Part shown: one piece after another, positions 12,001-23,770 of the stretch
Numbering within the stretch: the stretch's first letter is position 1
Layout of the letters: every line of letters starts with the position of its first letter
NCBI RefSeq assembly: GCF_018350175.1
Contig: NC_058369.1
Coordinates: 20,896,001-20,960,000, forward strand
Origin: Felis catus
Lineage: Eukaryota
DNA: 64,000 nt
Direction: 5' to 3'
Program-made: the position numbers and the translations under genes
The notes under the pieces: model-generated
Database searches by the model: none
Told to the model about the DNA's origin: nothing
Seen by the model: the letters and a program-made list of their open reading frames with translations, nothing else

Positions 12001-15000
12001 AACAAACAACACGAAAATAGCCCAACTCTAAGAAAGCTTAACTGTCCAGTCCAGGGAACTCCAAGAGAGGGTCAGAGAAGGCTTTCTGGAAGAAGCACCA
12101 CATGTGGTGGACAGGATTTCAGTGAGAGATGTCTTTACGGAAAAAGTGCCGGACAGGAAGGCATGAGGCCCATGTCTAGGAAACAGCCCAGAATTCACCT
12201 CAACTCGAGTGGTGGAAGAAAATGTTGGGAAAATGAGTCACAACCAGAGGGAGGAAAGCCTCACTCCAAGGGGAAGGGGCAGACAGATATGGAGAACTAT
12301 TAAAGTTCTCCACAGAGATATAGATAGACTATGAAGTGGTCGGAGCTGTAATACAGGATGCTAAAGAAGGATGATGAGGGATAGGGAGATTAATTAGGAT
12401 TTGACTGTAATTCACTTTACAGTGCATGAGCCAGGACCGAAGAAAAGGAGAGTGACACACTAGGTTAAACCTAGGTAGAATCAATAGGATTAACAACTTA
12501 CTAGATGTGAAAGCAAGGGAAAGAAAGTGAACAGGGAACAGAGGCTTTGAGTTAGGATAATTAGAAGGGACAGTGATAAAGAAACATGAGGCCGACAGAG
12601 AGGATATGGCCCACAGCATGTAACGAGGGATGGTATGCTGGACCTGTCAGGTGGGAGCATGAAAGAGATATCCACGTAGATGTATATAAAACCTGGAGGT
12701 GGAAATGGGAGTCTGGAAATCAGGGTAGACATGAGCTAAAAATATTGATTTGGGAAGCCATCTGAGTAGAGGTAAATGAAATTAGTGATGAAGATGTGAG
12801 AAAATTATCAAGACAGGGGAAAAGCTAGGGTGAAATCTTACTTATTTTAGAGTCAAAAGGAGAAAGAAAGGCCAAGAATTGCAAGAGTGAAACCAAAATG
12901 GGAAAGTAGGCTGCCAAAGGGGGAAAAAAAAAAGTCACTGAGAAGTTGAACACCAAAAAAAGCCAAAAACCCAAAAACCAACCCCCACCCCCCACCCCCG
13001 AAGACAGATTTTAACTGGAGACAGCAGGGAAAGAGGAGTAAAACAGCATGGAAAAAGCCCCATAAATGATCCCGGGACTAGACCAAATGATTTAAACAGT
13101 GAATGAGTGAGGAGGTGGAGATGGGAGTATGCAGATTATTCTTTCATGTTTGACAGTTAAAAGGAGTGGCAGATAAGTTCAAGAAATAGATTTAAGATAA
13201 GGAAGACCAAGAAGGTTGTAGGCAGCAAGGAAAAGTCTAGTTAAGAAGATGGAAACAAGTAGAAAGAAGGAGGTTGGTTTTGTCAAGGAAGAAAGGATGC
13301 TTCTTTTCAAGGAAAGGGTTCCAAGGAAGTTGAAAAGAACTCATTTTGGATGGCCTTGATTTTCTTTAAAAAAAAAAAAAAAAGGGGGCAAAAAGTTATC
13401 TCCTGAGAATCAGGACATCAAAAAGCTGGATAATCAGGAAGATTGGAAAGAATTTCAAACAACTACAATCAACTCAAATCATTTGTGAACATTAATTTGA
13501 CTACAAACAAGCAAAACATCTACTTATCACAAGCCATCATTTGTTTGTTTGGGACCAGTAACCAATAGCTGTCAGCTCTCACCTTCAGCAACATAGATAT
13601 GCTCTGCCCAATCAAAAGTGCAGCCTAAAACAGGGTGCTCTTGGTCCATCTCCTGTTAAGGTTCTGTACCACTCCAAGTTGTACTGTGTTAATGTATGTT
13701 TGTAAACATAAGCAGGAGGAAATACCCTCAGTGATTAAAATATCATCCAAAGGAAAATGTGTTTAACACTCAACCCAAACTTGAATATTTGAAGAAAAAA
13801 CACTGGGGGAACTGGGGTACGAGACAGAGAGAAACAAAATGCATTACAAAACAGAATAAGGAAACAAGCTTCTGGACTTTCAAAAGTCACAAAGGACAAT
13901 TTTATTTATTATTATTTTTTTCATCCTCATTAAGATCTCCACATGGAACATGTTTATGAAGACTAGGGGCCTGCTGTAATGGGGCCACCAGTACTGGAAG
14001 AGGCCTCACATATAAATGGTCCTTTCATTAAGGGACATCTAATATTTGGGGTTCCTCAATGATAAATGTAATTTGTACTACATAGGTTTCCACTGAGTGT
14101 CTTTAATACACTTTTTCCCCAATTATGTTTTAACTGAGATTTCAGTTTATCTATGAAGTCCTACCCCTGCCTCCACAACTTCAGTAAATCAAGTATTGAC
14201 TGTTTTAGAGAGAGTTAACAAGAGAAGACTAAGAGGAATGCCAAACAGCAGTAAGGAACTAGCTTTAGTTCACTAATAAAATCTCTCTACTCTCCTAGTC
14301 TCTGGGTAACCTCAGGGGTAAAAGAACTACTTCTGTAACATCTGGGTCTTACCTTTTGCTATGTCCAGGAAAGTATCTGATGTATTTGTTGTCATGCAAG
14401 GACAGGTAACGAATAGTATCTGTAAGAAGACAAATAAGGCATGATGATACCCTATTATTTTTAAAGGAATTACTGTACATTTTCATCTTGAAAACAAGGC
14501 CAAAAAATTTATTGTTTTCCATAACTCAAGCAAGGTGTGAATAAGTAAGTTAGTAATTCCTCTCCACAGCTGAAGAATGGGCACTACAGATTTCACATAA
14601 TTCAAAAGCAGAGTTCGTTCTTAAGTTGACAGCATATACAGCAATTTTTAAAAATCATTGTTACCACCAATCTTTGGCTTCTGCATAGTTACAATGCAAC
14701 CCGTCCTGCAAATATACCCTGCCTGCACCACCCCCACAAAGCACAATAGGTTCAGTGCTCACAGAATGGCAAGCCTTAAAGGAAAACATTTAGCTGCTAA
14801 GGAAACAGGCTCAAAGAATTAAGTAGCCATGCTAAACTGAGGATCAGGCTGAACTCTGGCATAATATTTTTGTCCAGGGTTCTCCAACAGCGTGTTAGGG
14901 ACCTAAATTTTAATTGGGTATATAATCTACATCAAAACTAAACAAATGGAAACAGAAGTAACGTCCTACTACTTTTTAAGTTAACCAGCTATCCACTGGT

Positions 15001-15028
15001 ACTTTGTGCATCAGAGAGAAGTCAGTTG

Positions 15029-15063
<35 letters not shown>

Positions 15064-18000
15064 GTGTCCAAAAGAACAAATCAGGAAATTGGGTTAAAAA
15101 GATCTTAAAACATTTAAAAATTAAACTCATAAATACATCAGTAAGTCACAGCAGCGAGATTCTGTCAATATCAAAGAAAAGAATAATCATAGAGATTTGT
15201 GCTTGGGGAGAAAAAGACACACACTCTTAAAAACCAAGTGATTCTACCTGAAAAAGTAAACAAAAAGATGGCGGTGGAAAGGGAATGAAGTGCCATAAAG
15301 AACAGAACTAGAAAGTACTATGCCTTGCAAAAGACTAGGAGTAGGAAGCAATTGTTGCGAAAAAGGCAATAGGAAATGGTGCCAATATAGATAGGAAAGC
15401 ATAGATAGAACATTCTAGAGGCAAACAGAACACAGAAACAAAGAGGCTGAAAGCACCAAGTCATTCCAGTTGTTCACAGGGGTACTTTCTAGTAACAGGG
15501 CGTCTAACTCGGGAGAGGGAAAACCGCACTCTTTGTATGTTCCAAAACTGAACTCTATATAGTTTTCCTTGAAAATCTTCAAAGTTCTAGAATGACAACT
15601 ATGAAGTCTTCCTGGATGTTCTATTGCTAGTAACTACTCACCTGCCCTAAGCAGAAAAAGACTTTCCTCCCCATTACCTGGTTTCCCAGAGATGAGCAGG
15701 GAGTCGCCATCCTCTCCGCCCCACTCAGTAGCTGGTGCACTGTTCCTGGCAAGGCAGTGGCCTGTACAGTTATCTCCTGTACCGGGTGGTATCATAGACC
15801 CTCAAACTGTACAAACTACTACCTCAGCCTGGAATCAGGCAAAAGGAAACGGAGCGTTGGAGGAACTCTTCAGGATGCACTCGAGACAGGAAAGGCAACA
15901 TCCTCCCAGCAGAGGCCTGGCAGCAAAGCTGCAAGTGCCACACATTTGCCTCATTTTGCACCATATTTGGAGAATCCTCACATTTAATCACCCCAACAGA
16001 AGAAGTATACCAGTCATTCAGGTGATCACATAGATATGTTTCCTCAGGATCCTAATGTTTTATATTCTTGTCCAAAAGCATCAATTGCACTGCTTACTTA
16101 GAAAACCACTTCTGAAATAGAGGCATGAAAAGTAGAAATGATATACTTACTAAAAATCAGTACAGGCAGAAAAGTCTCATTTAAAAAAAAAAAAAGGACT
16201 TCCGCCCATCTGCTCTGAGATAAGCATAGCCAAAACAGCAGTCTAAGTGATCTTTGTGGATGACATTAGAAAAATCTTAACTGCAGGGGCTTAGAAAAAT
16301 CTTAACTGCAGGGGCGCCTGGGTGGCTCAGTCGGTTAAGTGGCCGACTTCACCTCAGGTCATGATCTCGCAGGTCATGATCTCACAGTCTGTGGGCTGGG
16401 GCCCCGCATCGAGTTCTGTGCCGACAGCTCAGAGCCTGAAGCCTGCTTTGGATTCTGTGTCTCCCTCCCTCTCTCTCTCTCTGCCCCTCCCCTGCTCATG
16501 TTCTGTCTCTCTCTCAAAAATAAACATTAAAATTTTAAAAAAAGAAAAAAAAACTTACTATAAAAAGCGAGACAATCAATAAATCAGTGAGATAAATGAA
16601 AAAAAAAAAAAAAAAAAAGAGTCCTAAGGTGAATGTCCTCAACTACCAAGATGAACTGTCAACTGAGAATGACTTATCCCAGGGGAAATAAATGCAGGTA
16701 AAAACAAGATCAAGATCATTTATTAGATAAAGAAATTCACAAATTTAATTTATAAAAATAACTCTTTACTCTTTAAAGCCATTAACTTTATTTAAAAGTT
16801 AAAAGGGGAAGGGCCCTCTAGCTGGCTCAGTCTGAAGGGCATGTGACTCTTGATTTCAGGGTTGTGAATTCGAGCCCCACATTGGGTATAGAGATTACTT
16901 ACAAATAAAGTCTTTAAAAATAAATAAAATAAAATGGAAAAGGGACAAAATTCAGATTAAAAATGGTCCCTAAAATTAAACATAATTAAGCTCAATACAC
17001 TGTCCTTCATGACACAGACCATGAAAGGTAGAGCATACACCAAAAACTCATCTAAGGTCCCTCAACTACCACAGCTCAAACATTCGTGGTTATTTGCCAC
17101 TTGCTGTATGTCAAATAGTCTTTCCTTTTATTTGTTCAAAAAGTATTCTTTCAAGTTTAAAGAAGTACAAACTATAAATATAATTCATTGCTTCCTATAC
17201 CCACTCTCCATTCTAATCTAGAGACCTTTCATACTCCATTTCAAGTCCTTCAAAAGTATTGGTGGCTTGTTTCCAGCATCCCTTCAGTCATAACAATTGC
17301 TAACATCTTAAGAAAATATGTTTAAATTACAGAAACTCTAAGCAAAGCAGAAATCGTCACAAAGATTCCAAGAACTACTTAACAAAAGAAGTCATAACCA
17401 TTACTTCCTAAAAAGAAGGCTTGCTTACCGTCTATTTTGTTAGAGCTGTAAACGACTGTGTTTGCTGCATGGGTGTATCTGATGAGGTCCACGCCATATT
17501 TCTTACTGTACAGGGTTCTCTTTGGTCTGATGAGGAAATGGACAGAGAAAGAAAACCATCAAAATCCTCCCATCACCAAAACCTAGGATCTTCATATAAA
17601 CAGAAGAATCTGAATGATGTGGCAAGGATGAGAATTCTTTGGAAGCTCTAACACTGGAAAGAAACACAATTTTTTCCAAACGAGAGAAAACAAATGGAAT
17701 CAATCAAGTGCAACAGACTTTCACCTCTGAACAACAAATGCTGAGGTTAGGAAGTGGAAGTAAATCTGAGGGCCCAACTGAGTCTTTACTACAATGTTCA
17801 GAAGTAAGTTTTGAGAAAAAGTACATCTTTTTGGAAAGAAAGGCACACAAAACACAAGTCACAGTTTATAACAAAGAGGGATATGGGAATACGTTGAATT
17901 AGTGAGGCCCAAACTTTTCTTGAGCCATTCACTTAGAAACCAGATCTTTTCTCAAGAAGAAACAAATGATTTATCAAAACTGAAACCAGATGTAAAACTG

Positions 18001-21000
18001 CTTGTCTTTCCTAATATAACCTGCAGTTGCAGAAGCTATCTATCCTTCCTATTCTACAAGTCCAAAGTACTTACTGAGGCTTTTAGAAGGCAAGGCTGAT
18101 TCTCCCTAGAAAAAAACTGGTCATTGGTTCTTTTCTTTTTAATGTAAAATCACATAATTCTAAGCTAGGAGTTACAAATTCATATGAAGTTCCTTTTCCT
18201 TCAATGTCTTCCTCTATAGGACCCCGAAAATCAAAGATCAAACTGAAACTGATCTCAGTAAAATCTTTAACCAAAAGCTCACAATGTTCTACATTTGGGT
18301 ATAGGAGGATTTTATAAATTGTATACCAATGTTTACAAAGAGTTCCAATTTTGAAAAAGAAAAAAATCCGCCCTCTCAATGAAGCCTAGATGCTAAACAA
18401 TCAGATTACCCAAGCAGCTTTAAGAACTCAAATATTTGCACTTTCAATTTTTGTTAATGTCAGTGAGGTGAAGGGTTTCCAAAACTACCCTACCCCAAAC
18501 TCATTTCCAAACAAGCTTCTCATTCCAAATGCACTGAATTTTCCACATTCTCACCTTTAACTGAAAGCTTAGTTAAAAAGATCAGCTCAAAGGCTACCCT
18601 GTTGAATCCCCTACCCTGGGCTCTGCTGTGGGGTTACTGTGTGGTAAACAGCAAACACATGTATGCACATACATGCGTTCTTGCTCTCAAAAAATAGTTG
18701 ACTTTATTTCTACAAGTGGAAAAAGAAGCTTACTTATCCCAACAATTCAGTCTAAAATAGTGAAGACATATCCTGAAGAGCCAATGTTAAAGGGTATGGA
18801 ATAAGGAAAGTTTTTAGTTCCACTTATGTATGGCCTATTTGTCTCAAACACTAACCTGAGATTTATTTTTAATAACAGAAATCTTTTACCTCATATCACT
18901 TCCTAGTTTGAAAACAAGATCCTAATTTTTGCATCCATTTCAGAGGATCTTTACAAAGCCCACGCACAACATTTTTCCATGAATATTTTGGTAAGCTTCT
19001 TTCCACAAACTACGATTCTGGTGATCAGGCATGAATAAAAAATATTATGAAAAATTTTCATCACCTAGCAGATAATATATTTTATAAGTCTTTCAAATTG
19101 AAAAATCAGTCAACGGATGAACAAAAACAACGGACAAAATGAACAAAAAACTGGAAAATATTAAGTATAAAGAATCTTGTTTTGACCATCTTCAAACTCC
19201 CAAATTCTAACATTTAGTACCATCTAGTAGAGATACTATGACTTCCAAGGAAACACTACTCTTCTACCAATGCTGGTTTGACTTATACTAGTGGCACATT
19301 TTTTCCTCACATTACCCCTTAGGATCATGGACTCTTAAAGGCAAAAGAGGTCATCTAATACTCAGAGAAGTGATCTAACCAATGTCACATACCTGGTCAC
19401 AAAGCCAAACTAGAACCCAGGTCTCTTAACTACCAAGCCACTCCCTTGCCATAGACCACAATGAAATAAGGTCACAATTAATTGATAAGAGAAAATTTAA
19501 AAGAGAATGCCCTATACTATTATATCAATACTAAATTTGCTAATTTGGATAATTGTGCTCTGGTTGTGTAAAAGAATGTCCTTGTGCTGAGGAAATCCAT
19601 GTTGAAGTGTTTGGAGATCAGGGGCTTGATACCTCCAACTTATTCTCTTAATGGTTCATTAAAAAATGCATACCTAAATACTTAACACAGAGAGCTGTAA
19701 TGCAAAAGAGGTAAAATGTAACTGATTATTGGGCGATATGGATCTCTGAAATACTGTTTAACTTTCCTGTAAGTTTGTAATTATGTAAAAAGCTACATGA
19801 GTGAGTAAACTGCATGTCATAAAATTAACATTTTACTTCCAAGTAAACCGTCGCTGCTCCCAACAAGTAGAAATTATGCCACACTTAGAGAGAAACTACT
19901 AAGAAGGCTATCACAACCTTCATCTCCTTTGAATGAGAACACACATCTCCATCATCAAGGTTCCAGGTAGAGGTTCCAATCTGTGCACAAGCACTCAACA
20001 TTTCAAGCCAGTCAGCTTCAAATTACTTCTAGTCCCAGGAACCCACAATCCTATTCCCGACTCCAGCTCTATATGTTACTCTCCCTTCCAAGCTGATTCA
20101 AATGACCAAACCTGGACAGAAATACATCTACTAAATGAGTAACGTTGACTCAAGTCAGCACTGGTCCAGCTAACAATGCTCTCTTCCCTTAGGACCACCA
20201 CTCTAGGCCACTCGTCTGCATACTGCAGGCAGATCCAGAGCCAGTTACATAATACTTTTCCATAGCCCCCGTGGGAAAAAATTGGGAAGAAGATACAGCT
20301 TAGACCAAAACAACATTACTTTAGATAACCGAATTCACAAACGAAGAGACAAGTTCCAAAGAAAGTTTACAGAAGGCATCGGTTTTAAAACAAAACAAAA
20401 CAAAAGGCAAAAAGAACAGTTGGAAAAGACAGAGAAAACCCCAACGATTCAAAAAATAAGATCTGGAATTAGGTAACAAAATGAAATCTGACAAAACCAC
20501 CAGCCACCGAATTATACCAAATAGCCACAAGCCTGCTTGGAGAAGGTGGCTGAGGGAAATCGAATCTAGCCTAAGCCACTTTCTGCTCCAAAGGAGTTCA
20601 CAACTTAGTAACGAGAAAGCAAAGCAGGTTTATAAAGGGTGAGGCAAAGCTGACGAGGTCGCCAGAGAAAAAGGCAAAAATGTGCTTACAAGACTTTAGA
20701 GATGCAGTGCGGTGGCAACACAGAAATTTCACGATCAGACCCTGAATTTTGGTAATTCCAGTTGGACCATAAAGTGTAAATTAGAAATATATATAAGAGG
20801 AAACATAAAATTGTTTTGGGATGCTATGTTTTCCTAGTAGGTTCCCATTCAGGTCGGGATGGGACAGCCAAGTTAGTTTTTTTTGGCAAAAAGGAAAAGT
20901 TTCTGATGTTGTTAAAAAGTTAACTACAAATGTGGGCAATGGGTCTGAGGGAGTAAAAGAATGATTTGGAACCGAAAGAAAAAGACAGGGGGCCCAAAGA

Positions 21001-21731
21001 GGCACAACAAATAAATCCTGACAGCTAAGAACTGCAACCCACGCGGCCTTCCGGCAGAAGGCGGCGGGAAGCTAAGGGGCAGGGGATGGGCGGAGTGCCA
21101 GGGCTGAATCGAGGTCACCGAGGAGGGCAGAGAGAGCGAGCTGTGACGCTGCTGACTGAGGCAGGAGCGCAGCCTCTGCGGTTCCGCGCGGGGGGCCAGA
21201 GCCGACCGGCACCTCTGACAGAGTCGGAGGAGCGGAAAAGCTACCTGCTGGGGCCCAGGTGGGCGGACCGGGCGTTTAAAGGTCAAGGTCAAGGTGGGGT
21301 TTGGCAAGCGATACGGAAGCGCTTTTCCAGGAGGCCGAAAGCAAGCAAAATAATAACGATGGTAGTATCACTCTCACTATTCTTATTATTTTTAAAAAGG
21401 TCTCCTGGACATCTTCGGAATGAAGCGGCCCTGGCGGCAGCGAGTGCAAAACAGGCCGGAGAGGGCGGCGGGGCCGGGGGCGGGCGGCGGGGCGAGCGCT
21501 GGGCCACGAGAGGGAGAGAGGGAGGGACGGACAGACTCGGGCCCGGGCCCAGGGCCACCGCCGCACTCACTTGCCCTCCTGGCAGTCATAGAGCACGATG
21601 GAGTCGTCGTCGCTGCTCGAGATGACCGTCTCGCCGTTGGGGCTAAAGTCAAAGCAGTTAATCTTGTCCGAGTTCTCGCGGAACACCTTGGCGACGCGGA
21701 AACTCCGCAGCACGCTGTCGGTCAGCTTCAT
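6010..21731 (-). CDS. WDR82: WD repeat-containing protein 82 (Swd2 homologue; SET1/COMPASS, PNUTS-PP1 and ZC3H4 partner), complete spliced CDS, 313 aa
   Basis: Nine coding exons: 21731-21571, 17526-17429, 14419-14353, 9795-9696, 9209-9093, 8859-8704, 8265-8196, 7172-7030, 6039-6010. Lengths 161+98+67+100+117+156+70+143+30=942 nt. All introns GT-AG, frame open from [11 protein letters not shown] to AFWLPTIDD*. Confidence 0.98.
7030..7172 (-). CDS. WDR82: WDR82 coding exon 8
   Basis: [47 protein letters not shown]; donor gtatgt. Confidence 0.96.
7411..7625 (+). mobile_element. Can-SINE
   Basis: ggggcacctgggtggctcag head, CT-rich body, A tail; flanking agggggcta duplication. Confidence 0.9.
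7794..8010 (+). mobile_element. Can-SINE with 15-bp target-site duplication
   Basis: TSD aagaagtcaaaatca at 7778-7792 and 8011-8025. Confidence 0.92.
8196..8265 (-). CDS. WDR82: WDR82 coding exon 7
   Basis: [23 protein letters not shown](G); acceptor ttttag, donor gtaag. Confidence 0.96.
8704..8859 (-). CDS. WDR82: WDR82 coding exon 6
   Basis: [52 protein letters not shown]; donor gtgag. Confidence 0.96.
9093..9209 (-). CDS. WDR82: WDR82 coding exon 5
   Basis: [39 protein letters not shown]; acceptor tag, donor gtaaa. Confidence 0.96.
9696..9795 (-). CDS. WDR82: WDR82 coding exon 4
   Basis: [33 protein letters not shown] (WD40 signature); donor gtaat. Confidence 0.96.
10035..10695 (+). 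mobile_element. L1 (L1MB-like) 3' end: ORF2 C-terminus and 3' UTR
   Basis: gacccagaaattccacttctaggtatatacccaag, cagcattattcataatagc, aatgaatggataagcaaaatgtgg; ends tatatctcaattaaaaa. Confidence 0.85.
10748..10892. mobile_element. MER5-like hAT-Charlie DNA transposon fragment
   Basis: ccactcccagaacttctaatccagtaggtctg ... ctcccaggtgatggtgaggctgttggtttggg. Confidence 0.55.
11120..11555 (+). pseudogene. Processed pseudogene fragment of dUTP pyrophosphatase (DUT), antisense within WDR82 intron 3
   Basis: Frameshifted translation [97 protein letters not shown] covers dUTPase motifs I-V. Intronless, with frameshifts and an in-frame TAG. Confidence 0.9.
11815..12010 (+). mobile_element. Can-SINE (diverged)
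   Basis: gcacctgaatggctcagtcgg ... ggctcaggtcatgatctc ... ctctcaaaataaataaac. Confidence 0.85.
14353..14419 (-). CDS. WDR82: WDR82 coding exon 3
   Basis: [22 protein letters not shown](R); acceptor cag, donor gtaaga. Confidence 0.96.
15029..15062. repeat. (AAT)n microsatellite, ~11 units
   Basis: Perfect ataataat run. Confidence 0.9.
15747..15830 (-). ncRNA. MIRLET7G: pre-let-7g microRNA hairpin in WDR82 intron 2 (mature 5p at 15826-15805)
   Basis: Minus strand reads AGGC-TGAGGTAGTAGTTTGTACAGTT-TGAGGGTCTATGATACCACCCGGTACAGGAGATAA-CTGTACAGGCCACTGCCTTGCCA. The LIN28-binding GGAG is in the loop (15777-15774). Same strand as the host gene. Confidence 0.98.
16311..16553 (+). mobile_element. Can-SINE with internal and 5'-junction duplications
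   Basis: SINE head at 16311; caggtcatgatctc occurs twice in tandem. Confidence 0.9.
16808..16935 (+). mobile_element. Short Can-SINE variant
   Basis: gctggctcagtctgaagggcatgtgactcttgatttcagggttgtgaattcgagccccacattggg. Confidence 0.75.
17429..17526 (-). CDS. WDR82: WDR82 coding exon 2
   Basis: [32 protein letters not shown]; acceptor cag, donor gtaagc. Confidence 0.96.
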
Positions 21732-22370
21732 GGCGGCGGCTGCTGGAGGCGGTGGCGGCGGCGCAGGGCTGGGGCGGGGCCCGGCAGCAGGCGGGCGGGC
21801 GGGCTGGCTGCCGAGGGGCCGACCCGGGCGGGGCGGGCGCCGCGCCGGCGGCGAGCGGAAAGGAGGCCGACAGTCGGGCCGCCTCCACCCCTTCCTCCTC
21901 CTGCACGTGCGGCGCTCTTCTGCCGGGACTGCGGGATCTCGCGGACCTTTCCTCCTCACAGTCGCCTCAAGGCCAACCGGCGCGGCGCCGGCTCATTGTG
22001 TCCGCCATCTTGGGACGACAGGCAGAAGCTGAGGGCGAGGAGCCTCACCGCAGCGCACGCCGGGAAAGGGGGCGGGGCGGAACGGCAGCGCGAGAAGGGG
22101 CGGTGGGGCGGTGACGTCAGTGCGGCCGCCGAGGAATGGAGTGGCCGGGTGGCCCGAGGCGGCGATTCCCTGACGGGCAGTAGGGCGCGAGGGGCGGGGA
22201 TGTCCACGGCCTTCCCTTTGGTGGGCCGGAAGGCCGAGGGTGCCCGGAAGCCGTGGGCTTTTGTGCGGGATCGCAGGCCACTGGGAGCAGGTACTGCGAG
22301 GGTCGGCTACGCCATTGGAGCGGCGGCCTGGGGGTGAGTTAGTGCGCTAACCGCTGGCGGGCTTTGACTG
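21040..22370 (-). promoter_or_regulatory. WDR82 CpG-island promoter
   Basis: Very high CpG/GC content around exon 1. GC boxes (ggggcgggg ~22068-22080 and ~22191-22199), palindromic CRE TGACGTCA 22112-22119, YY1 core AAGATGGCGG (minus) 22011-22002, CCAAT (minus) 22318-22314. Confidence 0.88.
21571..21731 (-). CDS. WDR82: WDR82 coding exon 1
   Basis: gccgcc[56 protein letters not shown](K); donor gtgagt. Confidence 0.97.
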
Positions 22371-22544
22371 CTAGTGCACTACAGCGCAAGCATAGTTTCA
22401 GTTTCAGGGTCTGGGGGTTTTTTGTTCGTTTTTTTGAGCTGTATTATACGGTAGACTGCACAAATTTTAAGTGATTTTTTTTCATTTGGATATACACCCT
22501 TGTAACTACTGCCCAGAACTTTCTTTTAAGACTTCTATAAAAAC

Positions 22545-22571
22545 TTTTTTTTTTCAACGTTTATTTTTTAG

Positions 22572-22607
<36 letters not shown>

Positions 22608-22772
22608 ATGAACGGGGGAGGGGCAGAGAGAGAGGGAGACACAGAATCAGAAACAGGCTCCAGGCTCTGAGCCATCAGCCCAGAGCCCGACGCGGGGCTC
22701 GAACTCACAGACCGCGAGATCGTGACTTGGCTGAAGTCGGACGCTTAACCGACTGCGCCACCCAGGCGCCCC
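22545..22772 (-). mobile_element. Young feline-type Can-SINE with (GA)n expansion
   Basis: CpGs intact; TSD tataaaaacttttt on both sides. Confidence 0.92.
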
Positions 22773-23544
22773 CTATAAAAACTTTTTAATTGACATATAA
22801 GGTAAAGTGAATAAGATGGACTAATTTTAAGTGTATAGCTCCACACATTTTTATAATCATTCACCTTTAAGTTTCAAGATGTATTTACAGCCTCAAAATT
22901 AATAGCATCGATTACAAAGAAATTCTTAAAAAGGAAAGTTATCTCTTATTCAACAAATTAAGTTCTCCCAATTTCCTCCTCCTTTATTCATATATCTACA
23001 TAAACTTTATAAATGCAACCATCACTTCCCCCCAGGTTAGTATTGTATATTGCACATTTTTCCAGGGTAGTAAACCAAATTGTTGGTGGTGTTCTTAATT
23101 GAGGTATAACTGATGTACGGTAAAAACTGGCCTTTTAAATGGGTAGTTTTATAAGTTTTGACACCCATGTTCAGTCGTGCAACCACCACCACGTTCAAGA
23201 TGTAAAACAGCTGCATTACCCTCTGGTTTGTTTAAAAGATTTTTTGCCTTAAAAGGAAGGAAAGTTGATCCCTAACAAAGGAAAGCGATATCTAATCACA
23301 AAATAGGTACCGGGCAGGCACCTTGGCTTTAACTTTCTGTGCAAGAGGTCAAACTCAGTGCAGCGTATGAGAGTTCATAGATCTCTAAGTTGCATGCAGC
23401 AACTCAAAGATTAATTGCCTGAGGTCTCTAACAATGGAGACAGGCCTGTTTATTTTGCTTTGCTAAACTGCAGTGGCTAAAGAGGAAGAAAAAGGAAAAG
23501 GAAAGACTTAAACATTAAAATCACTGATATTAAGAAGATGTGAG

Positions 23545-23770
23545 GGGCGCCTGGGTGGCTCAGTCGGTTGAGCGTCCGACTTCGGCTCAGGTCATGATCT
23601 CACGGTTTGTGAGTTCAAGCCCCGCGTCAGGCTCTGTGCTGATGGCTCAGAGCCTGGAGCCTGTTTCAGAAACTGTGTCTCCCTCTCTCTGACCCTCCCC
23701 CATTCATGCTCTGTCTCTCTCTGTCTCAAAAATAAGTAAACGTTAAAAAAAATAAAAAAAAATAAAAAAA
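23545..23770 (+). mobile_element. Can-SINE
   Basis: Canonical head and tail; TSD aagaagatgtga. Confidence 0.92.

Noticed and set aside
21732..21959. N-terminal extension of WDR82 suggested by the 130-aa ORF
   Set aside because: It starts at a GTG in GC-rich leader; the conserved protein starts at gccgccATG (21731). A non-AUG extension cannot be excluded but nothing supports it.
21420..22337. 305-aa + strand ORF and other long ORFs over the WDR82 CpG island
   Set aside because: Low-complexity Arg/Gly/Ala/Pro translation expected from GC-rich, stop-poor DNA; antisense to the real WDR82 exon 1; no recognisable domain.
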